Below, one piece after another: positions 24,001 through 35,351 of a DNA stretch of 64,000 bases (within the stretch, counting starts at the first letter, position 1; the number at the start of each line of letters is the position of its first letter). The translations under genes were made by a program, and so were the position numbers. Origin of the DNA: Bigelowiella natans CCMP2755 (taxonomy: Eukaryota > Protista > Cercozoa); contig ADNK01000157.1 of NCBI GenBank assembly GCA_000320545.1, forward strand, positions 74,828 through 138,827, given 5' to 3'. The notes under the pieces were generated by a model. The model was given only the letters and a program-made list of their open reading frames with translations. It did not search any database and had not been told where the DNA came from.

Positions 24001-26072
24001 TTGCCTTTGTCGATATCCCAATCATCAGCTGGGGGGGTCTTGTCCAGTAGCTCCGTTATCTGTCGGATGGTCTTGCCGGGGTTCTTCTTCCGTAGCTCGG
24101 TAGGTGTAGGTAGCTTGTTGTCCGCTAGGTCCATAAACTCTAACGCATTAACGCTTGACTCAGAGGTCCACTCGTCAAGCCGTATCATGTTCTGGCTGAT
24201 GGTCCTGCCTGACTTCTTTGGCAACTTAGCAAAGTATATCTTGTGATTGTAGAATGATATGATCCCCCCTAATTTTTCTAGGGCATCCTGTCCGAGGAGT
24301 AGTTCCATGGATAAAGTCATGGCTACTCGGGTCTTGATTTGGGTCTCCGCGTCGCTGCCAGGTATCTGTAGCTTTAGCATTAGCTCACCGACGGTCTTCA
24401 TGGAAGAGCTTCCGTCTGCTTGAGCATATTTACGTTCTTTCTTAGTCACTTGATCCAATAGTCCTAACCTTCTTACTGTGCTTAGGCTTATGAAGGACTT
24501 CGGCATGCTGCCACTATCCCAAAGGGCAGGTAGTTTCTTGTAGTCTCCGTAGCTGTCTTTAACTTTAACCTTGGTCATAGCAACTTTGATAGTCCTGTTA
24601 GCGTCTTCGTCATTAATGTTGCATACTCCTAAGTTCTTTATGTCGTCTAGGGTCATGGGCTTGTCTTGGTCCTGCGTTGCTGGTACTGCTGTCTTCGTCG
24701 GCGCCTGCTTAAGGTGATCTAATATTCCGTTTATCTGCTGCTGTATAGCATTGATACTGTTCTGCTTTTTGTTCTTATATTTATTGTTCTTCCCGTTGTT
24801 GCTGCCTTGCCATTTGCTGTTGTTATATCCTTGTCCTCTGCCTTTCTTTCTCTTTAACTTCTCGTAGTGTTCGTTGAGCTGCCTGATCGTCATCCTGGGT
24901 CGTCCTTCTTTCCTGTCTCTGCAGTCTTTAGCGGTGTGTTTCCCTTTACGTGAGCAGTATCCGCAACGTCGGTTACCTTCCCTGTCCTTGTACCAGTCTC
25001 GCTGCGGCTTAATAGCGTTAATGTTTCCTATGCCAGGTACCTTAGGGCTGGTAAACTTGCGGTCCTGCTCCTGCTCGCGTAGGGATATAGCCTGCACTGC
25101 TGCCTCCATCGTGGTGTAGCCTTTCTCCGTAACGTAAGTGGATTCCTTTATCTTTAACTTGAACTCTTCAAACCTTGCCTGATCATCACCTGTGTTGTAA
25201 TTAAAATCATGTAGTTCGTCGATCATATCCTGGAAGCGCGTGGCAAAGTCTCTAACAGGTTCTCTCTCATGCTGCATCATTGCTCTGTATTTTCTAATAG
25301 CCTGGGGTAGGGAGTTAGCATCCTGTTCATTTACAAAAGCCTTCATTATCGCCTCAACGTCTCGTAGCCCACTAACTGTAGTGTGTATTTTCTCTAGCTG
25401 CCTGATCCGGGTCCTGCCTGTCTCGTAAAGGTCCATGGCTTGCTTTATTATAGCTAGCCATTTGAGCTTGTCGTTTTCGGTGGGGTTAGGGGTAAAGTCG
25501 CAGAGTATACTCCTAGCGTTCTTCCACCACCTCCTTGCCTCACCTCTTTTCCCGTTGTATTTCGTTATCATAACCGGTGCTGTTTTAACAGACATGAACT
25601 GGGTGTTCCGCTGTACCGGCTGCTGCTGCTTGACGGTGCTCTGGGTCGTCCCCCGCGAGGCGCCCAGACCCCCGTCGTTCCTAAACAAAGCTGCCCACTC
25701 TGGAGGTAAGTCTGCTTCGTAATCCATGATGTCCTGCATGATAGCTGCCCAAACATCATGTGTCTGATACTTGTATTCTATCGATACTTTCAGTTTGGCG
25801 TAGTTGCTCGCCCTGGGTCGCAAGGCTCGTAATGCCATTACGACCTTCTTGCTTTCGGCGGCCACGTCCTCGTCGTCCGCCTCGTAGAAGTTCTCCAGTG
25901 CCTCTGCTGCTGCATCTGCTTTCTTAATCCCGGGTGCTGGTCCCGGCGGTGCCTGTGGAGGTGTTCCTCCTCCTTCCTTAGCGTCCGTATCGCCCTTCCT
26001 TTCCTGTTTCTGCTCGTGCCCTTGCACGGCCTGCGAGCCAAAGTCCTGCTGTTCTTCTAGCTGCTGTGACAT
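21099..26072 (-). CDS. Gag-Pol polyprotein (capsid, Zn knuckle, aspartic protease, RT, RNase H, integrase, C-terminal methyltransferase-like extension)
   Basis: 1657-aa ORF. Zn knuckle CGYCSRKGKHTAKDC; protease ALWDSGS; RT SSLD...PYGL...YVDD; RNase H TDWS/KGEY/TDHKPL/ADYFSR; integrase HGPAH..CRC, QIDV, HVDNE, KVERL; then a GPY/F-like SH3 segment. Confidence 0.96.
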   Translation of the reverse strand: MSQQLEEQQDFGSQAVQGHEQKQERKGDTDAKEGGGTPPQAPPGPAPGIKKADAAAEALENFYEADDEDVAAESKKVVMALRALRPRASNYAKLKVSIEYKYQTHDVWAAIMQDIMDYEADLPPEWAALFRNDGGLGASRGTTQSTVKQQQPVQRNTQFMSVKTAPVMITKYNGKRGEARRWWKNARSILCDFTPNPTENDKLKWLAIIKQAMDLYETGRTRIRQLEKIHTTVSGLRDVEAIMKAFVNEQDANSLPQAIRKYRAMMQHEREPVRDFATRFQDMIDELHDFNYNTGDDQARFEEFKLKIKESTYVTEKGYTTMEAAVQAISLREQEQDRKFTSPKVPGIGNINAIKPQRDWYKDREGNRRCGYCSRKGKHTAKDCRDRKEGRPRMTIRQLNEHYEKLKRKKGRGQGYNNSKWQGSNNGKNNKYKNKKQNSINAIQQQINGILDHLKQAPTKTAVPATQDQDKPMTLDDIKNLGVCNINDEDANRTIKVAMTKVKVKDSYGDYKKLPALWDSGSMPKSFISLSTVRRLGLLDQVTKKERKYAQADGSSSMKTVGELMLKLQIPGSDAETQIKTRVAMTLSMELLLGQDALEKLGGIISFYNHKIYFAKLPKKSGRTISQNMIRLDEWTSESSVNALEFMDLADNKLPTPTELRKKNPGKTIRQITELLDKTPPADDWDIDKGKKYINKILNEKYSDITKPTTKPSSKLTPVKIELKKGYEECIINDPEHRRPEADWEKIEWQINEWAKEGKIEPSNSPWNVRHVLAKKPTYPFFRLAHNFIRHNRVIKRIQTPTPRIDDVIEHVIGYKYYSSLDKNESYMQTPIHKTSRPITAFSSRHRKWHFVVFPYGLSISGDAFSSQNYRAYTHDGMASVLWVFVFVYVDDDIICTNTVVAQIFLLENIFIRFAHFGFTIRLQKCTFLATRIKWCGYYLEQGRITPNPEKVAALQQAPKPKNAKELKSFLQTAAWILRRFSPTYARTAAAFTTAYRKENSVGLSFAKVWAKAGLDAHFDNLIKLCSNTLLNAKLDTTRPATLWTDWSKLGMAAVLTQDQQIIRVWGRACTAAEAKYSPTKGEYKAMTEAQRKLRYYLLSVPSFTLMTDHKPLLGIDRKLEAPNDEYAAMRADTEEFRDKRTVVYAPGDKQLADYFSRLFEKKVPTQVTPMVNAITFEDGDFLPEPEELQHLQEHLDKYKHKHEVLSDRIYVYTNNVRRTYVPRRTRGALLFTAHGPAHVGENHITALLYHYYWPYKLKEIRTYLRGCRCSSLKAAGVATKESSKSRASKKIKARNFLDIVQIDVYKYDGYHYLTFVDVATGKCWVKKIIKVNVAKKNKGLYKQRLTNCYRTWESELQAIPDEVSINKIPKKLHVDNETSLLQLPHPNIDASPVYYAQSNSKVERLHRTLANLSRINSTTPDKIQGLVNDTFTSGGGIKDKEREEGDDNDDDTESEDEKVPYDGRVLKEGQYVRAKVNLRSRNKQDPFWGGVAKVTERKGRKQYYIYDGNRVTLRHISHLKNYDIGEKLLEDVKVNPTVWERAMPCLGPRPKFDVEYGNNKVRVNDDWRMKIVYLGYPGLRNMERVAMKIKDGKYQLLYLAVPDLPFEHWYKVLGDLDAEGWYGHEPKDEGEFWVSDKGDKVREESITWWLVKFRKR

Positions 26073-26088
26073 TGTTAGTCAAATCGTT

Positions 26089-26106
26089 TCCCGTGTGTGG
26101 AAGCCA
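26089..26106 (-). other. Primer-binding site (tRNA 3'-end complement)
   Basis: TGGCTTCCACACACGGGA starts 5 nt after the 5' LTR. Its complement ends ...GGAAG-CCA like a tRNA with a G discriminator. The tRNA identity was not determined. Confidence 0.7.
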
Positions 26107-26111
26107 AAGGT

Positions 26112-26437
26112 TGTTGCGCGTAAGGTGTTCACAGGCCGAGGCGCTACGTGCACAAGTAGGCAGGGGGGGGGAAAGGCACGTTTGCTTCCTTTTGAAGAGT
26201 TGTGTTTATTTTTATTAAAGATTATATTTTTATTAAATCGTGCACTGCGTAATCATTCGCGAAGCTTTCGCGAATGCCGCCGCACGTGGGGCAGCACACT
26301 TCCGGTGTGCTGCCATGAGTCCCGCCGGAACCCACGTGCCTATGCTGTATTAATATCTACGTTATCTATATTCTATATCCGCGACAACCCCTTTGTTGTC
26401 GCACGTGACTTGTGCCCGCGTAGTGGTACGCGCTACA
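26112..26437 (-). repeat. 5' LTR (326 bp)
   Basis: Direct repeat of 20722-21047, followed on the element strand by the PBS and the gag ATG at 26072. Confidence 0.97.
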
Positions 26438-27425
26438 GATTTCCTCCAAGGAAAAGAAGATTTCGGCGCGGTCGCGCGCGTGATCGAGAAATGAAACGGC
26501 GGCAGAGATCAAGACGACGGAAGTCTGCTGCCACACAAGCATGCTGGCGTGCTGGCATGGGAAATCAGAGCAGGTTGCTTCTGTTCCCTGCGGCTCCATC
26601 TTCAGCCGGCTAGCCGGGCTAGGTGCACAGATTCATGACATCCCAAATGTGGCAGGATTCATGTTCGCCATGCTGACAGCATGAACCACTCCAGCACTGC
26701 TAGACTGGTTTCAACGACAACATCAATTGCAAAGCTGATGGAGCAACGTGGTTGGGCAAGACAAAAGTTGTCCATGCTGGCATGCTGGCACACTGGCATG
26801 GCTAGATGGGTTCATTGTGTAATTGTGCTCCGAATGAATGTGCAGTTGTGGTCAGAAGTGTGGTAGATGTGAAGTAACAGAAGTGATGAAGATGGTTCGA
26901 ATCGGATTTGGTGTTCAATGGAAGTGAGATGACAACAGCAAATCTAACAAAGTCCCGCTGACTGCACTACGCAGCGCTCTAGAGCTGACTAGCTGACATC
27001 ATTCATCACTGCTGCATGAAATACGCCAGTGCGCATCTCAAGCTAGCAAGACCAGTCTAGACTGGCGGTGATTGTCATCGTGATGCGTAGCTACTTGCAG
27101 TTGTGTTTGAGGCATGCATGCATGCACTTTTGCAGTGGAACAAAGCTAGCCAACAAGCACACCATGTCCCATGCACGCACATCTGAACAACATGTGTAGC
27201 TCATCTCCCGTTGTGATGCAGGCGCATGCTGCTATGAATAACGAGTGAACGTGCATGTTTGCGGAGGACCTACAATGGTTCTCCAACCGTCGCAACACAA
27301 CACTACACGGATGAAATTGCAATTTGGTGGTAAACACAGGGAAACACAGAGAAGTTCAGCCGTGCAACTTTCGCGGTCATTCGAGTAGAGGAGGACAGCT
27401 TGTCTTTCGGGGTTGAAAGTACAGA

Positions 27426-30344
27426 TTATCCATGGTAAGAATCTGTCAAAATTTGTTTCAATTCTGAAACGAGCGGAAATCTAGGGTTAGCTGGGGTGCA
27501 CTGATCATCGAAAGCAGCAAGGGCCATGTCATCGATTTGCTCGAAGTAAGCTTTCTCGTTAACTCCACACTTCTCAAATGTGCGCGGCATCTCTAGGTTA
27601 TCCATGAGTCCGAGGATGGCCTGGCAGTATGCTTCGCATAGCTCATCGTCGGTCTTTCCCTTCAGGCCCAGGTGCGTAGCAATTGCAGCATAGCGCTGTT
27701 TTGCAATAGGGTGGTCATATCCGGGATAGATTCCCATTCGAGTCGGTCTCTCGGATGCGTTGAACCGAATCACATAAGGCATAAGAACGGCATTCGTTAG
27801 TCCATGAGGCAGGTGGAACACCGCACCGACTTTATGCGAGAGGCTGTGAGTGATGCCAAGGTAGGAATTGGAGAATGCAAGACCAGCCAAAGTAGCTGCG
27901 TGATGCACCATCTCACGGGCTTGTGGATCCCCAGTATGGTATGAGTTGGGAAGGTGTTGAAACAAAAGATTGATGGCTGTGAGGGAGTGACTCTCTGTGA
28001 ACTCGTTGGCTGCTACGGACACGAATGCTTCTGTGGCGTGCGTGATGGCATCAACACCGGCGTGCGCGATGAGGCTCTTGGGAAGCTTGTCGCAGAAAGA
28101 TGAATCAATGATAGCAATATCAGGAGTCAACTCGTAGTCGAAGAGGGGGTGCTTCATGCCCATATCGTCCGTGATGACGGAGAAAGGTGTCACCTCAGAC
28201 GCCGTTCCAGAAGTGGTGGGAATGCATACGAGCTTGCGGATCTTCGAGCCGAGTTTGGGAAAATGCTTCGTTCTCTTGCGAATCTCGATAAACCGTGAAG
28301 CTGCATCCTCAAGATGGAGTTCTGGGTGCTCGTAGGACACACGGATGTACTTCCCAGCGTCCATAGGAGAGCCACCCCCAAGGCAGACCATGAGATCAGG
28401 TCTGAATGCCTCACACGCCTTGACCCCCTTCCTCACGGTCATTATATCGGGGTCTGGATGCACATCATCGAACACGGAAACTACAAAGCCCTTGTCCTTG
28501 AGACATCTCTTGACGCGCTCGACGTACCCGAGGCTTCCCATAACCTCGTCCGTGATGATAATGGCACGCTGGTCCTTTGTTCCGTCAGCATATTTGTTGG
28601 AGACATCTCTGAGGGCATCCTCGAGGCAATTACGATTGAAGTAGATTTGCGGGGGGTTCTTGAACCACTCAGTGTGCTCTTGGCGTGTCGCCACGGTGCG
28701 CACGTTGAGTAGGTGCATGGGTCCCACGTTATCGGAGACGGAGGACCCTGCCTTCGTGCCTACACCCAGCGTGAGACTGAAATCGATGTTGAAGTTAAAG
28801 GCAGTTCCGATCGCAGCAAGGGAGGTGGGGACGTTGTTGAGGATACGACCAGCAGGGATCTTCTGCGCATACTCCTCAAGTCGCTCTTGGCTCCTGCTGT
28901 AAATCCCGGCAGTGTGACCGATTCCATCGTACTCAGTCAGCTCTTTGCATAGCTTGACCCCTTCTTTAAAGTCAGACGCCTTGTAAAGAGCTAAGACAGG
29001 GCAGAGTTTTTCATGGGAGAACGGCTCCTGAGGCCCCACATTGGATGCTTCTGCTCCAAGCACTACTGTCCCATAGGGTACCTCCACATTAATACGACGA
29101 GCAATCTCCTGAGCTGACTGCCCAACAATGTCAGCATTCACTCTTCCATTCACAATTAAAAATTTGCCAAGTGCATCTCTCTCCTTACCCTCCAAGAATG
29201 TTACACCGCGACGGATCAGCATTTCCTTGAACTGATCATACACAGACTCCACGCACACCACTGACTGCTCAGCGGCACAGATCATACCGTTGTCGAATGT
29301 TTTGCCGAGCACAATGGAACCGCAAGCCTCTTCAAGATTTGCAGTCTCGTCGACAAGGATAGGTGCGTTTCCAGAACCTACACCAAGTGCAGGTTTTCCA
29401 GTGCTGTACGATGCTTTTACCATACCTGGGCCTCCAGTGGCCATTATAATGTTGACGTTGTCGTGGTGCATTACGAAATCGGAAACTTCCCTATTCACCT
29501 CATCAACGCATTCCAAGAATCCCTTTGGGGCACCTGCAGCTACGCCTGCATCATGGCATACTTTCACAGCAGCTGCGGTACTCTCAAGTGCGCGGGGATG
29601 CGGAAGAAAGATGGCGCCGTTACGGGTTTTGGCGCAGAAGAGGCTCTTTGCAATCGCAGTACTTGTTGGGTCTATTGGAACATACATTATAAGTGTGAAG
29701 TACTTAGGCTAGCCTCTACGAAATATATAATGGCCTTACTTGTGGTCGGGGTGATGCAACAGACGACGCCGACTGGATTCGCAATTTTGAGAAGTCCGTG
29801 CACAGACTCCCTCTCGATGATTCCACAAGTCTTTGTATCTCTGTATCTATCGAGAAGCAATTCACATGCAATACCATTCTTGATAACTTTATCCTCCATG
29901 AGACCCATTCCTGTCTCCTCATGAGCAATTTGCGCTAGAGGAACACGCTAAAACAAAAACTTGTTATGAAGTTTATGAAGGCAGGAAGGCAGGAAATACT
30001 GTCTTGCTAGAACGGAGCACACACAATTTATAGGACATCTGTCCTACCTGTTTGTTGGCTTCATGTGCGATTCTGAGGTCATAAAATAAAAAGCATAACA
30101 TATTTTATATAAATATCAGCTCATATCTATATCAAACAACCATTTTCTTCGTACTAAAATATATTCATGCACCGTACCTCGTGAAAATGTAGTCAACTCG
30201 CTCCTGGCTGAAAGTAGCGAAGATCTCGCTAGCCCTTTTGACTCTTTCAAGCTTGTCCTCTGTTGAGGTTGAAATGTATCTGAATGAAGCGATACGATGG
30301 GTGCGTCGAAATGTCCCCCGGAGGCATTTGGCACTTAAAAGCAT
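27426..30344 (-). CDS. adhE: Bifunctional acetaldehyde-CoA dehydrogenase / Fe-alcohol dehydrogenase
   Basis: ALDH half: EETGMGLMEDKVIKN, ITPTT|NPTST, ATGGPGMV, GVGSGN, catalytic FDNGMICAAEQ, HEKLCPVL. Linker SVSDNVGPMHLLN. Fe-ADH half: GGGSPMD, PTTSGTASEVT, DAITHATE, HSLSHK..HLPHG, DQCTPANPR. Three short 5' introns. Leader MLLSAKCLRGTFRRTHRIASFRYIST. Confidence 0.95.
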
Positions 30345-32131
30345 TTTCCTTGTTCTGAAACCTAATCGTACGCAACAAATGCAAATATCGAAGTTTTCAC
30401 ATCTTGAAGTGCTCAAAGCAGTAGTACCTACTGTTGGGACTCTTCTTCTTTTAATTCAATCTTGGAATCTAATCTCGGGAGTGGCAGAGAGGGGGGTGGG
30501 AATGATGGTCAGATACCTTGAGTTTACTTCGAATCCTTTTGAAGAGTATCCGAAGCAGATCTCCGGGGAATGTGGCACACATTTCCTCTGGGTTTCCGGG
30601 AGGTTGTGTCAAAATTAGATTGTTTCCCGATGCCGTTTTGGGAAAGCGACATCGATTCGCTACCCTTTCAGATGACCATTCGAAGTCTCTGGTGGTAATT
30701 TTGGGTAAAAATTGGCAGATAGAAGAAAAGGTGGGTACCATCACAAGCACTTGATGTTGTGATGATCAACTTGGCATTTCCGCATTTTTTGAAGATATCT
30801 CGAGATATCCCAAGTCGCAAGCCGGTTCTGGGGACAAATCGTTCCCGTTTCCGTAGCGTGACTTCGCGGAGGTTGGCGTCGTAGTTGCTGAAGACCAGGG
30901 CTGAAAAGTATTCGTTTTTTTTGGTCTTTGTCCAAGAGCGACTGGAAGATTTCAATCATTTTGTCTCCAATTCAGTGTTTCTGTCTTTTTTTTCAATTCG
31001 CGGCCCAGTCGCTGCCGGCTTGATTGACATGGATGAGTCATGCATGTCTGATGATGCCTTTCGATTCAAGCATTGAAAGCACTTCATGCATTCATTCCAC
31101 TCTGTGAAAGGGCACAAAGGAATCACCATGAAATTTGAGGCGAGCATTCTAGCATTGCTAGCTGTTTCTAGAGCTATGTTGGGAAGCAAATCCAGAAGGA
31201 CGTTCACGTGAAGTGAACTTTCGCCCACCCCACTTTGCCCACTTTCCCAAAGTGGGAGAGCTTCCAAAAATGAGAAATCCCTGGCGGAGTCTTTTCGTGC
31301 TCACTCTGTCTAGCCGTGCTAGCGTGCTCTATCGCACATGCCGGTGCGTTGTTGCCCAACCTGCTGGCAATTCCAGAATTGCCGTTCTTGTGTTGGAAGG
31401 TGCGTCTGTCATTGCACGTTCTAGCGTTGCTGCTTTGACAACCAAGCTGAGCAAGCGAACAATCTTGTCACGGCTGTACCACAACAAAAGCGGTTCTCAG
31501 AACAGGACATGCATGCTAGCATGCAATCGCGGCTTGCCAACTCCAGAACTGCTGCCTCGATCGTGATCTGCCATGTGGCCACAGCTAGACAGGCCTGTGC
31601 TAGCTAGCTGTGGTTGGCATGCTGGCATGATGTACTAGCTAGAGTAGCTAGCTTCTGGCTTGCAAGCAAGGTGACTCAATAAAGGACTAGAGGGGCGTTA
31701 TGTTATCTGCAGCGACAGCGTGACATTTCAGCAGCGTTTGCACTAGTGCATGGTGTGTTCATGCACGTACACCCAAAAATGTTCATTGGGTGTGCGCTGA
31801 GTCTGCCTAACCTAGCAACCAGGGACCAAGCTCTATAGCACAGCTAGACTATGAGACAGATGCGAGCGCGCGCGTCCAGTCCATGCACTGAGACACATGT
31901 ACAGCATCTAGGATGTAAGCTCACTAGCTCAAGAATATGTACACGTAGACATTGAATCGGGACAACGCAATGATGTGCATGGTTGCTGCATCGCCTTGCG
32001 TGTATGTTCAAACAAATGTCTCTATCAAAACATTGTTATTGGTATTATCTTTAAATTGCTAGTGTTGAACGCATTGTTTGGTCCGGTATTTGATGCATCG
32101 ACCTATTCTATTACATGTGTATTGTTAAAGT

Positions 32132-32659
32132 TTAAAGTAACCCATAATGGTAAGCTAGAAAGATGACAACAAGAAACAGTAGTAAAAGTCCTAGAAACCA
32201 ACATTTCTTCATGGTATCAGCTGCTTGTCTCTTCTCCGCCTTTATTGTGCATGAACGTAGAATTAGTATCAATACAAACTAACAACTCAAAGCACAAAGA
32301 AATCAAGAACATTTTATCTCGACGAAGTGTTTATTGTTACCTTAATGAGCTCCGATTTGGCGTCTTCCACCTTTGTTCGCGCCCCAGCTACATAATTGTC
32401 GATCGCCTCAATCGATGGCGCTTGTTCCTTTGTTAGATCCTGGAGGAAAAAAAAGCAAAGAATAAAACAATGGTATATAGATCAACAAGTGCGTATGCAG
32501 GGAATAGGCACGCAGGAACACGTGAATATGGAAAGGGTTGGAGACCAGAATGTCCGTGAAGACATGCGAAAGCTCTACCACATCTGCCTCCACTTTGCGG
32601 ATCTGTGCATTTCTGTAATATGTACATCGATAAGTATATGTTTACATATTTATATATTG

Positions 32660-32700
<41 letters not shown>

Positions 32701-34087
32701 ACATATGTAAATATATTGAATTTGTGTGTGTGTGTGTGTGCGTGTGTGCGTATATATATATGTACATATATAAAAGTACGTGTAAAAACAGTATCATGTT
32801 TCTATATGGGGGCGGTGGAGTGGTCAGAAGTATTTTACATCTCATCAATAGGAACCCTCTAATATGTTCACACAGTGAAAACTATGCCACAGCACTACTA
32901 CCTATCGTGTATGCTTTCTGGGTCATGGGTCGCAAGAACTTGAATTTGTACATCTTGTTGCTGAAAATTTTGAAGATTATTATCATCTGTGCACTGATGT
33001 ACAATTGAAACCGCCATCGGGCCTATCCTCCTATTAATAGCATTCTACACACCTGATATGACGATGACCGCAATCCTGATCTTCCACTGTTGTACAAACA
33101 AAACAATATTGAATATTTTATACAGATCAAGAGAGCGTCACGTGTAAGCGTCATTGCAGTGTTTCATGCAATCCGTGTTACCTCCGGGCTTTAGACTCTG
33201 AATAGAAATAGCGAAAAAAACAAACAGTGAGGCGGAAAATTCTACAAGTGAGCTACAAAAAAGTGAAAAATCGCGACGGAACATTAGAAAAATAGCGCAG
33301 ATAAGTGAGCTACTACCTCTTTTGTGCGGGAATCTGTTACACTTGCCATCTATCTCCTCCGTAACCTCCATGAACTCTTGCATATCTGCCGTGAGAATGT
33401 GATTGATAGAGGGAAGATTTTGATAGAAAATCATAATTGAAATGGCAGTGGTGAATTGGGCGGTGAGGAAAATTGGTTTCGAACACAGGCCTTCTACTCA
33501 CACCTTTATGTTTTCACAGGGGACGTCGTCCACGATAACACGCGCTTTATAAATATGTGTACCTTGAGAGTAACGGTCCCTAAGCTGCACCATGACGTCA
33601 CTCTTAGTGTTGGCCTTGTTAAACATCTGGCTTAGAGTTCGGAAGACTCGCATTGTTTTCTCCCGCATCTGCTCTATTTTCCTCCGGAACCTTGGGTTGT
33701 CCGATGACGTACCAATTTGCTTGGACTGCGGAGAGATGAGTGAGTGAATAAGTGCTTATTAAATTCATGATTCTCTCGCCCAGGATCCTACTTTCTTCCC
33801 ACCCTTAACCTGCAGCGATGATACCTGCGCCTTAAGCTTCGCTGTTAGCGTTCCCATCAACTCCAAGTTGTTGTTGATGTCATTCTCAAACTGATGCGTG
33901 CGCGCGCGCACACACACACACATAAACGCACACAAATTCAGTCTTTCTCTTCTTAAAATATTTTCTTTCACTCAATATCTATTTGTAACTCAGCATCGCT
34001 TTTTCAGCAATTCCTCCCATTACTTCTGCGGCATGGGTAGAAACCTACCTGTGTCATATGGTGGACGAGCGGCGTTCGCTCGTTCAT
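32132..34087 (-). CDS. Qa-SNARE, syntaxin-7/12 (Pep12/SYP2)-like
   Basis: Exons give MNERTPLV..., Habc-like FENDINNNLELM...IGTSSDNPRFRRKIEQMR, SNARE motif IRKVEADVVELSHVFTDIL|DLTKEQAPSIEAIDNYV (zero-layer Q), and C-terminal TM CWFLGLLLLFLVVIFLAY. The start could lie further upstream. Confidence 0.85.
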
Positions 34088-35351
34088 GCTAGGCTTTATT
34101 GTTTTCCGCAGTTTTTGATGGTCCTACAAACGAGAAAATATTGTACTAAGCATCTGCACCGTTGATTCTAGCCGTTTATATTCGTTCGTTTAATTTGTTC
34201 GAATCCAGAAAATTCTATTAGTACTCCGGGATCCTACTTCGCATATGTTATATGATATTCTCAGCAGTATCTTTCATTGTAATTGTTTCCGCTTCCGAAT
34301 CCACTAAAACTCTGTACTGGGGAAGGCAGTCGGTTGCAGCGATGGGTACCTCCTTCAGAACGACGCCATTAAAATGAGCTGCAGGTAGACTCCTAGGATT
34401 CTCTTAAATGAAGTTAGACACTCTCTGTTAGCCTGTCTCAATTTGAAATTGGCATGTATTTTGCAAAAAACGATCGTGTTAGCGAAGACACGGGTGAATG
34501 GCCGGATTTGCTGTCAGAATGACGACAGACGGGAATTCCGATATTTTTCTGGCAAAATTGTGGGCAGTTTGCCGCAATTCCGGATCACAGGCCCCAACAG
34601 CACAGAAGACCAGTCCTATTAACTCCCTGTGACAACAATTATTGGTTGTCTGCATGAGTTTTAGCCCTTCTTTTCGGGCGGTAGCCTATTTCGACTTTGG
34701 AGGGATCCTGCTGAAAGCGATGGCTGCCTGCCTTTTCAAAATAAGAATTCTTGCACCGACAGCGAATAGGCTTGCATTTTAAGAATAAAGACAACTTTTT
34801 CCGGTTGACGCAATCCATTAACAGAGTACAATTTTAGGATCCTTTCGAAGCTGCTCTAGGGTTATTGGTTTGGTCCTAGCGAAGAAGACTGAAAGTCCCG
34901 TCTCATAGCCAGATTCTGCAGACCATAAAGGTGCCACGCCCCTCCTCCCTCAGGGAATGTATTAGAGCTTTAGAAAGAAAGAATGTGGGGATTTCGTATG
35001 GACATGGTTGCAGGCTTAGATTTGTGCAGGGTTGTGGGGGGGTTTGCCCTCGAGAGATATTTGCATCATAGATTGGAGTAAGAAATAGCGTCATTCGCAT
35101 CTCTACGGTTGAGAAAGATCTTAGACCAGCATGAGATATTCGAGGCCATTGTGGGGGATTGTGGTTTGTACCCTGCAATTTTCTGGAAAAAATGTTTTTC
35201 GAGAGTAACCAACTCTGCAGGCTGACATCATTCCCAGAATCTGCAAAGCATTCACCACCCTTTCATGTGTTCGTGTGTACCTCAGTGGCAAAGGTCGGAA
35301 GGACATTGTATCTCGGTACCCCCTCCTCTTCGGTGCCGTTGGTAGACCAAC

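Larger units (their letters stand above)
20722..26437 (-). mobile_element. Intact Ty3/gypsy-type LTR retrotransposon
   Basis: Two 326-bp direct repeats with TG...CA ends. GATT flanks both sides (20718-20721, 26438-26441). Internal single ORF with PR-RT-RH-IN order; PBS and PPT in the expected positions. Confidence 0.97.

Noticed and set aside
30450-31100. Short ORFs upstream of adhE
   Set aside because: No motifs or consistent splice pattern; more likely promoter or decayed repeat.
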